A stretch of 64,000 nt of DNA from Octopus vulgaris (GCA_951406725.2 OX597820.1:75206001-75270000), one strand, 5' to 3'. Positions 1 through 14,294 are shown, numbered from the stretch's first letter. Made by a program: numbers and translations. The notes: generated by a model not told the origin, from the letters alone.

Positions 1-2820
1 TTTTAAATTGGACATCGGTCTGTTTCGTTGTTCAAAGTTATAATCTTGAGGAGAGGGGACAAGGTAGTTACATCGACTCCAGGACTTGATTGGTGTTTTA
101 TCAACGTCCACGGGACAAAAGGCAGCATTGGCTCTGGTTGTATTTCAAATACAAATCGGAATGGAAACAACACAAAGTAATGCTGTTAGATATTTTGCCT
201 AGCGTGCTAACAATTCTACTACCTCACCGCCTTTCTCTAAGGTACCCACGAATATATTCCATCTACATTGCATATCATTCTGTTAGCTTTAACCTGACGG
301 CTGAGATTTGAGGCGTCTCAACCGCTATTTTCAGCGCTTCTTATTGCTTGCTTCAACATTTGTGTTGTAAACATTCTAGATGGATTTCCGTGATATGAGA
401 TTTTCCTACTCAGGAAAGATATTTGAGTGATTCATATGGTCTTCGTGTATCATACTTAAACTTACAGCATATGAAACCTATGCAATATAACCCTTAAATA
501 TTCAATCTTAAATGTGCGCACAACCGACACAAGGATAGATACAAAGCTACAGGCTATTCGTTTCCTTTCACTACATAGTCTTGTATCATAGGCCGATCTA
601 TTGCTGAAAAAGAACAAATATTTTTAACAAAGCAACAACTATTGGCCAGCCAGGACGAATCCTAAACATCGATCTGAACATAACAAATAGATATCAAGCA
701 AAACAATATGATTATAATAAAAAAGGGAATTTTATTTCATTAAATATTTGAATAAATGCCAGCTTCTCCAAACCAGCGCCAAATTACAGTCACTGAAATC
801 TTCGAATTTTAGTTTGTACTCAAAAATATCTAAAAATAAATAAATAAATAGAATAGAATAACTATATAGCGAAACAATAAAATGCCACGTAATCTCGATG
901 TTTGTATGTCTGCATAGAAAGGTTATTGCAGGTTTGGGTTATATAAACATGGAAAAATATTTCTGCAGTTATCGATTTAAAAAAAAAAAAAAAAACAGAA
1001 TGCGTCTTGGTTGTTTAAAGGCTTTAGATATTAAACACTGACGTTGTGAGTACATAGGATGAGAAATGTGCTCATATAAATGCCGAACATTTGAAATGAA
1101 AATCAGTGTTTTTGAATTCCGGTTAACAGTTTTATTACGAGCATTTATGTGCGTTTCCATATGCATACCTATACAAATATATGCATAAATAGACTGAACC
1201 ATACGACTAACAGTATTCTGAATCGCGAGTGCTGTTATAATGGTTAACATTTTCAAGATGATCGGCGTCACTATCTATGCCTTTGTGAACACAGCCTACT
1301 ATTTTTTGTCATAAAAACCGGTAATCTAAGATTCTTTAGATCTTTCTGGTATCGCCAGGACAAGCTACGGGTGTATCATAATAGTCTGCTTTCCGAGAAA
1401 ATAACTCTTAATTAGCTAACACCATGAAAATTCTAGATATAATATTCCTAATGATGGACCTAATCCCTACTCTAAGTTGACTGGAATATCTTAGCATATT
1501 GCAGGTTCTTCTTCGATTTATGATACGGACAATAAAGTTTGTGTTTTGTTCTTATGTTACATTTGAAAGTTACTAGCATAACAGATAGCTCTAGATTTAT
1601 GAAAATCTAGGACTATCTATTTTGTCTAGGACTATCTATTATAGCCTCATCCCTATATAGACTGCAGTTCATTTGAGAGAACTACCTACTAATGCAATAT
1701 AAGATTTAAATAACTACGTGATCTGAAACTTACAATGAGTAAATGCATCCCATGGTTATATTAAAGTGATAAGTCTGTTATTTCTCGTCCTTTGAATTCA
1801 ATAATTGTCCGTTAATAGTCGTTAATAGAGTAACTACACACTGCTTTGATAACTGAGGGTGCTTCATAGCGTAAATAAAACTTTTGTTGATGGGAATACA
1901 AGAAATAAATGCGGATAAAATCGTTAATAGGTATAATTTTAAAATTGAATTTTGTAAAAATCTAATTTAAAAGGAACATCCCAGAGATAATAAACTAACT
2001 TTTAAGTGAAACGTTCATAATTTTGATTTTTTGGGGACGTACGGTAATTATTCACCTTAACTTCAAAAAACGAACTGAGCCTTAATCGTCTAAGATGACC
2101 CCGAACACACTTGGTTCTATGAGTAATCTTTCGGCTTCAAAATCAGATGCAGGAAACAAAAGTAAAAAATAATTCAAAGAGTCACACCTGTATTGTAAAG
2201 GTGTTTTGAACTTGTAATCGAACACTTTATAAGTAAACATTCATTTTAAAGGATTAAATAATAGAAAAGAAATTATATTTATGACAATAGAGTTTTTCTA
2301 GTTATTACTCATCTGGTATTGAATTTGAAGTTAAATGTTGGGCGAGGAAGAACTGACCTAACAACTTTGCTATAATCATATGATGCAGTGACTCAGAGCA
2401 GGTTACAGATTTTGTGAATATTTACATTTTACATTGCATTAAAAGTTTCCTGAAATGGGGGTGGATCTCGCTCTATACAGGGGTGATACTCTTTTTGCAT
2501 TCTGTAAATATAATAGAAACTATTGAGGAATAAATAAAAGACAAAACTAAAACAATTTTTTTTAAACATTAGGACTATTAGGGTGGGAAATATATGTATA
2601 TATAAGTTAACTAAATTTCTTGGTGTAGCGTGAGGACTCACCCTAGGCCTTTATCGTCCAGCACACGAAGAGCAGATCTTATAGATTCTTGAGAAGATAT
2701 TCTGGTGCTTCTAATGTATCCTCTGTTTTACAGCATTTTAAAAATATCTCTGACATTCTCACTAATTCATATGTCGTTAACCGTGTTGCATTTCCAAGCC
2801 AGGCAACATCGTAATTAGTA

Positions 2821-3183
2821 CTCTTTACTCTTTGACTCTTTTACTTGTTTCAGTCATTTGACTGCGGCCATGTTGAAGCACCGCCTTTAGTCGAGCAAAT
2901 CGACCCCAAGACTTATTCTTTGGAAGCCTAGTACTTATTCTATCGGTCTCTTTTGCTGAACCACTAAGTTACACACACCAGCATCGGCTGTCAAGCGATG
3001 TTGGGGGGACAAACAGACACACATATATACGATGGGCTTCTTTCAGTTTCCGCCTACCAAATCCACTCACAAGTCTTTGGTTTGCCCAAGGCTATAGTAT
3101 ATGACACTTGCTCAACGTGCCACACAGTGGGACTGAACCCGGAACCATGTGATTGGTAAGCAAGCTATTTACCACACAGCCAC
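2821..3183 (-). mobile_element. tRNA-derived SINE family B (CORE-like central domain), near full length
   Basis: Head gtggctgtgtggtaa...gggttcagtccc, internal TG/TA microsatellite, tail gcagtcaaatgactgaaacaagtaaaagag. Confidence 0.82.
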
Positions 3184-3577
3184 AGTACATGCAAGTTTTC
3201 TACTTTACAATACTTGCCAACTGGAATTCCACCAGTTTTTCATGTAGAGCTTGATTATTAAATATTCAGTATGAATGATAACTGATTTTCATTTCTCGAG
3301 TCTCGAAGTGCTGCAAAGACTATAGGAACTTCTTCAGACCTACCCGGAAGAAAAGGGAGTCATCTGTTCTTGCTTTATCTGCATCACATTGAGTATATTG
3401 ACTACAATAAATACTTCGGAAGGAGAATACAAGCAAATAGAGATCATTTGATTCATGATATGAGTCATCCAAATTGTTCAGTGATAATATATTTTTATGA
3501 ACAAATTTATAAAGAAAATTTCAACAGGCAAATAAATCAAAACAATTACCATTACTCATGCAATATTCCTTTTCAAA

Positions 3578-4150
3578 GACGGTGAGCTGGCAGAAACGTT
3601 AGCACGCCGGGTGAAATGTATAGCCGTATTTCGTCTGCCGTTACGTTCTGAGTTCAAATTCCGCCGAAGTCGACTTTGCCTTTCATCCTTTCAGGGTCGA
3701 TAAATTAAGTAACCAGTTACGCACTGCTTTCGATGTAATCGACTTTGTCTGTCCTTGTTTGTCCTCTCTGTGTTTAGCCTCTTGTTGGTTGTAAATAATA
3801 GGTATTTCGTCTGCCGTTATGTTTAGAGTTCAAATTCCGCCGACGTCGATTTTGCATTTCAGCCTTTCGGGGTCGATTAAATAAGTACCAGTTACGTACT
3901 GGGGTCGATACAATCGACTTAATCCGTCTGTCTGTCCTTGTTTGTCTCCTCTGTGTTTAGCCCCTTGTGGGTACTAAAGAAATAGATATTTCGTCTGCCG
4001 CTATGTTCTGAGTTCAAATTCCGCCGAGGTCAACTTTGCCTTTCATCCTTTCGGGGTCGATAAATTAAGTACCAGTTGCGTATTGTGGTCGAATTTATCA
4101 GCTGGCCTCCTCCTGCCAAAATTTCGGGCCTTGTGCCTAGAGTAGAAAAA
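3578..4150 (+). mobile_element. tRNA-derived SINE family A, trimeric array
   Basis: One head (ggtgagctggcaga A-box-like), then three bodies each with the B-box gagttcaaattcc and the core gcctttcatcctttcggggtcgataaattaagtaccag. Junctions at ~3801 and ~3985. One TSD, aatattccttttc (3562-3574 / 4151-4163). Confidence 0.88.
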
Positions 4151-4527
4151 AATATTCCTTTTCCTTATTACGACTGGGAATAAAGAAAGCTAAATCTCAG
4201 TTTTATAATTGTTTAGTCAAATATAAGGAGTATAATTCACGACTGTTGAACAACAGAATTTTCGATGACAAACATAGACATTGTTTACAATTTAAATGCA
4301 TGTTCTCAAAAAGTTAAAGCATTTTGACATAGTCGGAATTTAGCCTAAGTATAAACAATCAGCATAAAATAGTAAAAAGCTTCCTAAAAATCATCTAGTT
4401 ATAGTAAAGTAAGTCTACATTGTTTATGTTACAATTACTACGATGCGTCTCCGTTCACCCATCTGCAGTTATTTGCAGTTGGCGTAAGTGATCTATATTT
4501 CGAGTGAGAGTAATGGTACATAAAAAT

Positions 4528-4922
4528 ACTTTCAACTATAGGCACAAGGCCTGATATTTGGGGACGGGGAACAGTTGATTACATCGAATCCTGTAGTCAG
4601 CTGGTACTTATTTTATCGACTCCGAAATGATGAAAGGCAAAGTCGACTTTGAAGGAATTTGAACGCTAAGCATTTCGCCTGGTTTGCTAACGATTCTGCC
4701 AGCTCACGCCTTCCTTTCAGATATATTTATAATCCTTTCTACTATAGGCACAAAGTTTGGATATTGTGGGGAGGGGGGACAGTCGATCAAATCGATCCGA
4801 GTACTCAACTGGTAGTTGATTTATCGACCACTTGAAGATGAAAGGCAAAATCGATTTCAGCGGAATTTGAACGCTAAACATTTCGCCCTGTGTGCTAACG
4901 ATTCTGTCAGCTCATCGCCTTC
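4528..4922 (-). mobile_element. Two tandem SINE family A copies
   Basis: 4528-4712 and 4733-4922 each carry the tail ctactataggcacaa, the core and the head, and share the same internal deletion. Confidence 0.8.
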
Positions 4923-4963
4923 ATTTTATATATATTTATAATGATTTATCTTTATACGAGTGA

Positions 4964-5282
4964 GGGCGCGTGGCTTAGTGGTTAGGGCATTCGGCTCATG
5001 ATCGTAAGGTTGTGAGTTCGATTCCCGGCGACGCGTTGTGTCCTTGAGCAAGACACTTTATTTCACGTTGCTCCAGTCCACTCAGCTGGCAAAAATGAGT
5101 TGTACTTGTATTTCAAAGGGTCAGCCTTGTCACTCTCTGTGTCACGCTGATTATCCCCGAGAACTACGTTAAGGGTACACGTGTCTGTGGAATGCTCAGC
5201 CATTTGCACGTTAATTTCACGAGCAAGCTGTTCCGTTGATCGTATCAGCTGGGACCCTCGTCGTCGTAACCGGCGGAGTCTT
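4964..5282 (+). mobile_element. tRNA-derived SINE family C (CORE-like)
   Basis: A box tggcttagtgg, B box gagttcgattcc, then tgtgtccttgagcaagacactt...ttgctccagtccactcagctg. Confidence 0.82.
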
Positions 5283-8200
5283 TAGGATCTTTATATGGCA
5301 ATGATTATACATTTTATTGGTGGCACGAAGATATATGTAAGAAAATATATTACGTAAAATCAAAATTCAAACAACAATAGTTTTCCAACAGGTAGAACTT
5401 ACTCAATCAAGTACCTGAAGGAGATTTTGAGTCACGTTGTGAAATGTGATCATTATCTTTTGCGCGTTTTTATTTTGTCTGCAACAAAACGCTGAATTCA
5501 ATATGGCTTCTCTATTTAACATATATGAGGTCTGTACTACAAGAAAAATAAATTAAAGAAAGAAATCTATTGCTTTACATAAAATTGATTCAGACTAGTT
5601 TCCTTTTAAATTGTTTCCTTCAACATTGATACATCTATCTAAGTGATTTTTTTTTTTATTGACGCTTTTATACCTACACTGAAGGCGTCTGTTGAACTTA
5701 ACTTATGGTTGAACACTTTCGAAGTAATTAATTGATTTCAAGGGTCAAATAATAAGGATGATATTAAATCTAACGCAAATAGACATTTCTAGCTATTACA
5801 CATTTGTTACTAAATTTGCGGGTAAATATTGGACTAAGAACAGACCTATCATGCTTGACATAACCATGAGATCGAATGACGCAGGGCTACTTTACAGCGA
5901 ACGCTTTACAGGCGCACTGCGCAGTTCGTGTAGCAAATTTCCTTCTGCATCATTTCTTTTAGCAACAGAAATCGGAGATCATTCGGGGAAGATGTCTTGC
6001 GCTTCGTCAAAAACTTACTTAACGGGTAGCATATGATAGGTATATTATCGAGGTGCAGCATAGAAGTTTTGTTTGCGTGTGCACATGGCCACTTCATTGT
6101 CGTTCCTCTATCATGAGACCCGGCACAAAATTTTCCAGATCTAGTTTTGAATCCCAATTCTCGGCGCAATAACTTCCCATATTGAAACGAAATTTACATT
6201 TCAAGTAACAGGAACATTGTTGACTTATCCATGACGATGTAAAATATTTTTGAATTGTTCGAAATTATAAAACCTCTCGAGTTAAAATTCTGAATTCTCT
6301 GCTCCCATAGATTTATAGCTTTGTCGGATTTCTCTAGCGTCCTATAAACTTCAATCAAAAGGAAAATTAAACAAAAAACATCACAACTATTATCCACCCT
6401 CTCGAACATTTTCAATACATCTCTGTTTTGTTTCTGTTTATCTGCCTGCCTGTCGTCTCTGCCCCCTCCCCCATTTCTTTCATTAGCGACAGATCTGGGC
6501 AGTCACTCATGCTGCACAAACTCTCTCACGTATTTTATAATGGTGCTCTTATTGTTTCAAATGGTTATTCTTGGGTAAGGCATTCTATCATAAAAAGTAC
6601 GTACACATTTATCTTAAACTGGACCTTAGTAGAAACAGAGTTATCAATGAAGCGTTTTGCCCCTATATGCGAATATATTTCTAATAAATTTCCTGGATTA
6701 CATCAGAATCATTGCACATCTCAGGTTCGCTGAAATGAGTCTGAGCTCTCACTGTTGTAGCCAACATGGTTAAATAATAAGTAATTTACTTTCAGTTGTG
6801 TATTACATATGAAAAATGATGCTCGCTATTACAAGATCAATTTTAAGATGTAACTTGAGTATCGATAAAATATGCGAAAACAACCAGAATAATGCAGATG
6901 CAGAGACGTAAAAAGATGATTCAATAATTGTTTTAACACTCTAAAAGAACTAATAAATATCGTAATTTTATTACTTCGATATCTACTAACACCACCCACA
7001 ATTTTCGAATGTAGAAACACCTTTGAGAATACATGACACCCGGTGAAATTGATAGAGAAATGTGGAAGAAGTGCACTAGCATACAGATCAGAGGTTAAAA
7101 CTGTGATTACGAAATGAGTTAAAGAGGATTATGTAATGTAATTCGAACGGAATTAAACAGAGGCTATCCTAAGTATAAATACTTAAGCACTCTTGATATA
7201 TTTTCCAGTGTAAGAAATCAATAACTAAATAACGTAAGCAATCAATATTCTATATTGCACGTTGCAGTTGTATGAGAAGATAAAAGACAGCCATTGCAAA
7301 TATCTGACGTCATCAAGTGAAATTACACCAGTAAAATATAGGCAATGATATACTTTAGCTACAACGGCTAGCAAGATTAGAAGGAAATGACACTAACTCT
7401 GTAACATAGAGAATATTTGAAATCGAATACAAATTGATATTTACACTATGGTTAGGTGTATTTCTAAAAGTTGTTAAAACTGCAAGAATTATATGACGGA
7501 TATATTACTGCATTGCCAATAAAAGGAGCATTTTTACAACATTGATAACAATAGGATACGCACGCATGGTCGAATGTTTAAAATGCCCTCGTTTCAATCA
7601 CGCGGTCCAGAGATCAATTCCCCAGAGCTTCGCATTGGAAAAGTGTCATTTACTATAGCCTTTACTCAATTTAATCCACTTAAGTAAGAGAAATTATGGA
7701 GACTGGAATTGCGCAGAACCTTCGAGGTTATGCTGCAGCTGTAATTCCAATATCTCAGGCTTGTCAATGTGTCATGGCGATTATTTCTCAGTATTACGTT
7801 CTAAGCACACATAAATTTATTCAGAATAATCAGCCTATTAAGCAACAAACCTATGAAATTGTTGGATTCAAAATGTTATTTTGACCTCCACCAGAGCGCA
7901 TGCGGATAAGAAGTTCGATTCGCAATGACGTGGATTTTGGTTCAAACTTACTGAGTAGCAAATTAGATGTGTCATTTATTATAACGTCGAGTGAGTTAAA
8001 GCAGTGCAAGTGGAATTTGGAATTAAGGAACTGCATGGAGCCAAATTGAAAATAACATTTCCGTTTATGAGTGGCTTGCTTAAGTCATCGTGCATTTTAG
8101 AGCACCAGAAGGTCTTGGGGGTCCTTTTAGAACAATCAGCTCAGTTTTAAACTTTCGAGGGTGAGATCTTCGGTTTGAGTCTGAGGATAACTTCCCCAGT

Positions 8201-8911
8201 TGTTTTCGCATGTCTCAGAGTCCTTGAAAAAAACTATCATCTGCAAAATTCTTCCGGATATCAGGAATTCCTGTTTAACATATACACCTTATTAGCTTGA
8301 GTATCTTTAGCGGTGACCACTTTGTCGTAAGCGTTTAGACCAGATGTCCATTGTCATTATTTCCTCCGTTCACCAGTCACGGAAGATCTGGAAAGTATTA
8401 AGCACACAAATAACATAAGTAAGAATCGACGCGAGAACCGATCAATGGCAGGAAAAAAAGGTATAACAACAGTAACAATATTTTCTGCTTAAAGGAACAA
8501 GGAGGGACTAGTCAGTTACATCGACCCCAGTATTTGACTAATACTTAGCTTATCGACCCCGAAAGGATGAAAGGCATAGCCGACCTCAGCGGAATTTGAA
8601 CCGACTTGATAACAACACTAACATTAATACTGAAATAGCAATAATAAGAATGGTCTTCTACATCTAAGCATGTAACTGATACAATAACTTAGTGTTATCG
8701 TTTCTAACATTATCCAACTAAATTATGTTACCAATCTCCCCCATGGCTAGTCTTTTTAAAATCTTCTCCTCATAAAGAATGAAAAGTTAACATTTTGTTT
8801 CACTCAGGTTACCTTACTCTAGCAATATTTAGGTTTAGGGTTACTACTGGAACTGTTGTGACTATGGTTGCTACTGTAAACTGACTGTTATATAAGAATA
8901 TTTACCATATA

Positions 8912-9390
8912 GGCACAGGAGTGGCTATGTAGTAAAAAGCTTGCTTCTCAACTACATCGTTCTGGGTTCAGCTCCACTGCACGGCACCTTGGGCAAGTGT
9001 CTTCAACTATAATCTGGAGCCGACCAAAGCCTGGTGACTGCATTTGGTAGACGGAAAGAGAAAGAAGCCCCTCGTGTGTGTGTGTATATATAAACACATT
9101 GTGTGTGTAAGATATAAGTTAGAAGTAATATAACCATCTAAGGAATAGATGTATCCATAGGCACCCCTGGTATTACCTCAGTATGTATGGTCCTTGTTAT
9201 AAGGTATACGGTAGCAGATAATTTAAAAGGTAAACCTTGGTTTAATATATATAAAGATGACAAGAAATGGAGAAATAAGCAGTGAGAAGTGGATCGTTGG
9301 TGTCATAAAGAGAGTATTTAATTAAATTATGACTTTATAACGCCAATGATTCACTTCTCACTGCTTATTGCTCCATTCTTTATCGCCTTG

Positions 9391-9464
<74 letters not shown>

Positions 9465-9860
9465 TGAGAATCTACAAAAAGAAAAAGAAAACAAAAGTCG
9501 AAGACGGGTGTGTAAACAACAAACAGATGTATTAGTTTAACGCTTGGGAAGTGAGAAAGTCTATTACGTTTCGAGCCTATGCTCTTCGACACAAAGGAAC
9601 ACAGAAATAAACAGGAAGAGAAAACAATAAAAGGTTTAGTGGCTAGCGATCTATCATGGCGAAGATATACATGTATTTGCGTGTATATAAACATATGCAC
9701 GCATGAATGTATTTGTGTGTGTGTGTGTTTGTCCCCCATCATGGCTTGACAACTGAAGCTTACAAAGAATAAGTCCTGCGGTCGATTTGTTCGACTAAAG
9801 GTAAAATGACTAAAAATAGCCGCAGTAAAATGACTGAAACAGTTAGAAGAATAAAAGAGT
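8912..9860 (+). mobile_element. SINE family B split by two inserts in its internal microsatellite
   Basis: Head at 8912-9085 and tail at 9700-9860. Inserts at ~9100-9395 (fold-back) and ~9463-9665. Confidence 0.72.
9266..9377. repeat. Fold-back with 45-bp arms and 22-bp spacer
   Basis: 9266-9310 versus 9333-9377, 5 mismatches, next to (TA)n. Confidence 0.85.
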
Positions 9861-11154
9861 TCTTTGACCTGTACTGACAGCTAGGAAGACCAGTTCAGTA
9901 TTCTATCTAAAGTTTTGACCATTAAGAATAATTTTCTCTAAAGCGCTCTACGAAGAACGATGTTAAAAGTGATGCATCACATGTGCTAACGGTACTTAGT
10001 CATAAACAATAGCAATTAAGTTTTTTTTTCCCCTAAAATTGGATAGTTTTTAGTGGTGGCCAATACTCTAATAAATTCAGACACGCAAAAGTGGCATTCG
10101 TGTTATCGATATCCGGAAGTAAATAGAAGTAAAGTAGCATTTCGATTCTTAAGACCTATAGGAACGATTACCCTGTTTCCAATGCGCAGATATGACTGAG
10201 ATCGCAACATCTCCTCTGAACGAAGTGCCAGTCCGTCGCAGTGTTACTCATTTACCTCTGAACATAATGAAAGAACGGGAAATGAGGTATTTTGCTCAAG
10301 AACACAACGGACCACTCGGTCTGGAAGATGAAACTACGATCTTGCGAACACTTGAACATGCACTTTCTATACCGGAAAGAATGAAAGTTAATCTCGATCA
10401 CAAAGGTATTTCCTACCTTCGAAGAGCGCGATTTTGATTTGTCCAGAATATTACTTTGAATAAGAAAGCCATAATAAGATCATTTCCAGTTAATTGTAAT
10501 TCCATTCAGAACTTATCGATCCACGACAGGATGAATTCTCGACATAATGGCGCTAGCTCTTTCTATTACTCGTTGTTGTCTTATCTTTCCACGCTGACAA
10601 ATTGTGGGATGGACGAGAGGCTACTGCGGTTTAGTGATTAGCACTGACAAGCCATCGGTACTCAAACCGAATTTGAACTCAGAAAATAGTGTCAGAGCAG
10701 CAACAACAAAGTAATATTTTCTTTCAAGATGTAACTACGAAGCGAAACTAACTGGACTGATAATTTATTTGTATACACCGAATGAATAAATGACAGAATT
10801 GATCTTGAAGAATTTTCAACTCAGAAAGCAAAAACCTGGAACGACCATGGCAGGACACTCCATCCATGGCTTTAACAACTCTACATATTCACCGCCAGTA
10901 ATAATATCAGAATGGTGAAATATTGCTTTAGTACACAGCAAGGTATTGGACAGAGTTTGAAATAGTATAATCGATGTATTGATTATACCTGCAACTCTAA
11001 CTTCACTAAATTCTTCTGTTGATGATATTTCGAGAGCAGCAGAAAGTAAATGAGATTACTACTGTAAAACATTTGTCACCATTTTACCATTAACCCTCCC
11101 GCCCCGCCTCTTCCTCCTCGTCGTAGTAGCAGTAGTAATCATAATGATAATAAT

Positions 11155-11480
11155 AATCCTGACTGCTATAGGCACAGCGCTTTGAAATTTTGCGGGAGGA
11201 GACTGGTCGATTACATCGACCCAAATACACGTCTGGTACTTATTTATATCGACCCGGAAAAGTGGACCCGGAAAAGTGGACCTCGGCGGAATTTGAACTC
11301 AGAACGTAAAGACTGAGTAAATACCTCTAAGCATAACGCCCGACTTACGAACACGGTGACAGTAACAATCCTTTCTACTGGAAGCATAAGGCCTCATATT
11401 TGGTTCTTAATTTTTCATCCCCGAAAGGATGAAAAGCAAAGTGGACGTCGGCGTAATTTGAACCCAGAACGTGAAGATGG
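11155..11480 (-). mobile_element. SINE family A copies (one near full-length, one deleted)
   Basis: Core and B-box ggaatttgaactc, with an internal tandem duplication of gacccggaaaagtg. Confidence 0.7.
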
Positions 11481-12473
11481 ACTAAATACGCATATAGCCC
11501 GGCTTGCTAACACTATTATAGTAGTAATACTACGGCAACTACTGCTGTTGTTGCATTTTTCTTACGTTAACGATTATAATGATATTTATAAAATACATTC
11601 TTTCAGCAATGAAAGGGCTTTTATCGTTGTAAATGACTTTCAGTAATGTAAGCGCCTCCTGAATAAATCTATGTTTCTTTCAAAGTTCCATGTAGAATTC
11701 CGCAGCAAAAACAAAATCAATAGCAATTAACCAAGGAATTAAAAAGAGGAAAATAAGAAAATAAATAATACCTGTATCTATGTATTATATCGATGACAAT
11801 GTTCAGTGTTCATAAACCTCGCTTGTGATAACGTTATTCATTTTAAATACTCTTCATAATTATGATTATATCTGGATAAGTTAACTGTCTAGAAGAAATT
11901 TCTCAGACTATCAAGGATGGCGCCAAGAATTAGCTCGCTGCCCATCATCAGTTTTAACTTTTCTCTGATCCTCTACTGGACATTGTTCCCAATATGTTGT
12001 GCAGAAATAAGTACTGTGTACACTTGGCAACATTCTGTATGCAAAATGTTCAACGGCCGTACTGTTTTGACCCACAATTTTGGTTAAGTCAAAGAGTGAA
12101 TATTATCAAACTCAATTCCATCATCAAAGAGTGTTGTTTCAGAGAAAATTTCCACAAAGCTCTATGGACTTGCCTCTCCGGAGAAGCTGGAAACTCACTG
12201 CATACGATATTCACACAAGAAAATACGACTCTGCTGAATGATTGAGTGGAAAAACCATTCGATATCTCCAACTGCTGGATCAATAAGTGGGGCGCCAACA
12301 TATACAGAAAAGATGAGAGGAGATGCTCATGGCAAGACGAAGCACTTTCGAGAAGCGCTGTTCTGTTTGACCAACTCACTAATTCATACTTGAGGAAAGT
12401 AGTGAAAAGAGGAATCTAAGCAGGAAGAAATAATGACGCTGTCAATATGCAATTATCATAAAACTGAAATATA

Positions 12474-12612
12474 CCTTTCTACACAAGGCACAAGGGCCGA
12501 AATTTGGTGGAAGGGAGCCAGTCGATTAGTTCGACCCCAGTACGCAAATGGTACTTAATTTATCGACCTCGAAAGGATGAAAGACAAAGTTGACGTCGGC
12601 GGAGTTTGAACT
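12474..12612 (-). mobile_element. 5'-truncated SINE family A
   Basis: Tail and core up to the B-box. Confidence 0.75.
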
Positions 12613-12942
12613 GAAATTTAAGCTAGAGGTTGAATATGAAAGTTGAATAATCTTAATAAATTAAGGTCTGCTTTAAACTGATTTTCTTCTTGGGTAATTT
12701 GCATATACATATAGGTCACTAAAACTAAAATCACTGATATTGAAAGTGATTCGTATTGATTAGGTGGTCACGGCATCTAAAACATTATTCTTCTTTAAGC
12801 ATTGGACTGTTTGCCTTTGTAGGTGTATAGTTTTTATATACGAGGCAATGAGAGGCATTTATCTGAGAGTTCTTGCGATTCCTTATTTTAGTATTGCTCC
12901 TTAGTGTATTTTCTACAATGATGTTTCAGCTACTGATAAATA

Positions 12943-13483
12943 CGTAAATACTGATAGAACAGCATATATAGGATAACATCTTTTTAGAGCAGAAAAGCTT
13001 GTTGGCAACCACCTATGAGGATAGAACTCACCCTATATAATATCTGGTTGCCGACAAACTTTTCTGCTCATTAAGGATTTTATGCTATATATGCTGTTTT
13101 ATTAATATTTACGCGTTGAAAAACAAAAAGTATCGTTATACTTGTTCTACAATACATTTGAACGATTCAGACAGAAACTTATGTTTGTTTACATACAACG
13201 TAATCTATATAACATCTGGATGACTTTATAACTGTTCTAAAAGTGCAGAAGAATTTGTTGGTCGCCAGTTTAGCTTAAAGGTGAGCACTCCGACCGGGTA
13301 TTAAAGGGGTGAGAGTTTAATCCTCATGGCTTTTTGCTGACAAAATGTTCTTCTATAAAAGCATTTTATTCTATATATGCTGTTCTATCAGTATTTACAA
13401 GTTGAAAAAAAAAATTTCTACTTGTTCTACAATACGTTCCAACGCTTCATAAACAAACTTATGTTTGTTTACGTATGGCGTAC
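12943..13483. repeat. Fold-back plus direct-repeat complex (MITE-like)
   Basis: Hairpin 12943-13113 (~68-bp arms). 13085-13203 is repeated at ~13370-13483. 12945-13035 is inverted at ~13307-13398. Confidence 0.7.
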
Positions 13484-14294
13484 TGATAAATCGCTTTATT
13501 CAAACAGTCGACGAAGTTTCAGCACAGCAGGTTTCTTCAATTTCAAATAATTCTTCATGACATTTGCTGTTTTATAAATATAGAAGTTCTTTTCATAAAC
13601 AGTTTCAAATGCAACTTCACAGCATCACATTTGATGTAGATGGACAACGCTTTTGAACGTATATGAAACAGACTTTTAGAGAGAGAAATTCGAGTTGAAA
13701 ACTGCGCTATAAGTATTGCTGAATTGGATGGGAAAGAATCATTAAATTCTGAAAATCAAAACGTCTTAAATTATTTTGTTTTGTATGAAAAAAGACTGAC
13801 ATTTGTCGTAGTTCTCTAAATCTCAAAAGGATCTAGTGATTACATATTACGACAGTACTAAGTCCTTATATATACAGTAGTAAGTATCTTCTTTTACCGT
13901 ATATACTTATAAGTAACTTCTTACCGGATATACAGTACTAAATTACTTCTTCTTAGACTTTTAGTACAATAGATTTACGTTACCCGTACCACTGTGGTGC
14001 ATTGTATCAACGTATTTCAAATTCCGGCGTGGATGATCCGTTTTCGGCTTAGATGTGACACTTTATGGTTTTCAAACTTTGCAGATTATACATAATTTTA
14101 CTCATGGCAACTTTATGACGCAAAACGAATGTTAACAAGTGCTCTCAAAGATAATACGTCACTGCATATGCTTACGTATCAATTTTTCATTTAAGTTTAT
14201 ATGTAATTTAGGTACTCAAATTAGCCACAATTATTTGCGTCGTAATCTTTCTTTTGACACACTCTTCAAAAATATTCTTGTCTACTAATAACTC

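Noticed and set aside
3578-4150. CRISPR-like or satellite interpretation of the periodic repeats
   Set aside because: The units are ~180-bp SINE bodies without unique spacers, in a eukaryotic context with no cas genes.
4964-5035. tRNA-like sequences here and at 38667-38745
   Set aside because: No proper acceptor stem, and both continue into SINE bodies, so they are SINE heads rather than tRNA genes.
5758-6733. Cluster of short ORFs as possible HS3ST downstream exons (also 11994-12379, 23672-23963)
   Set aside because: No sulfotransferase or other recognisable motifs; possibly old TE debris but not assignable by eye.
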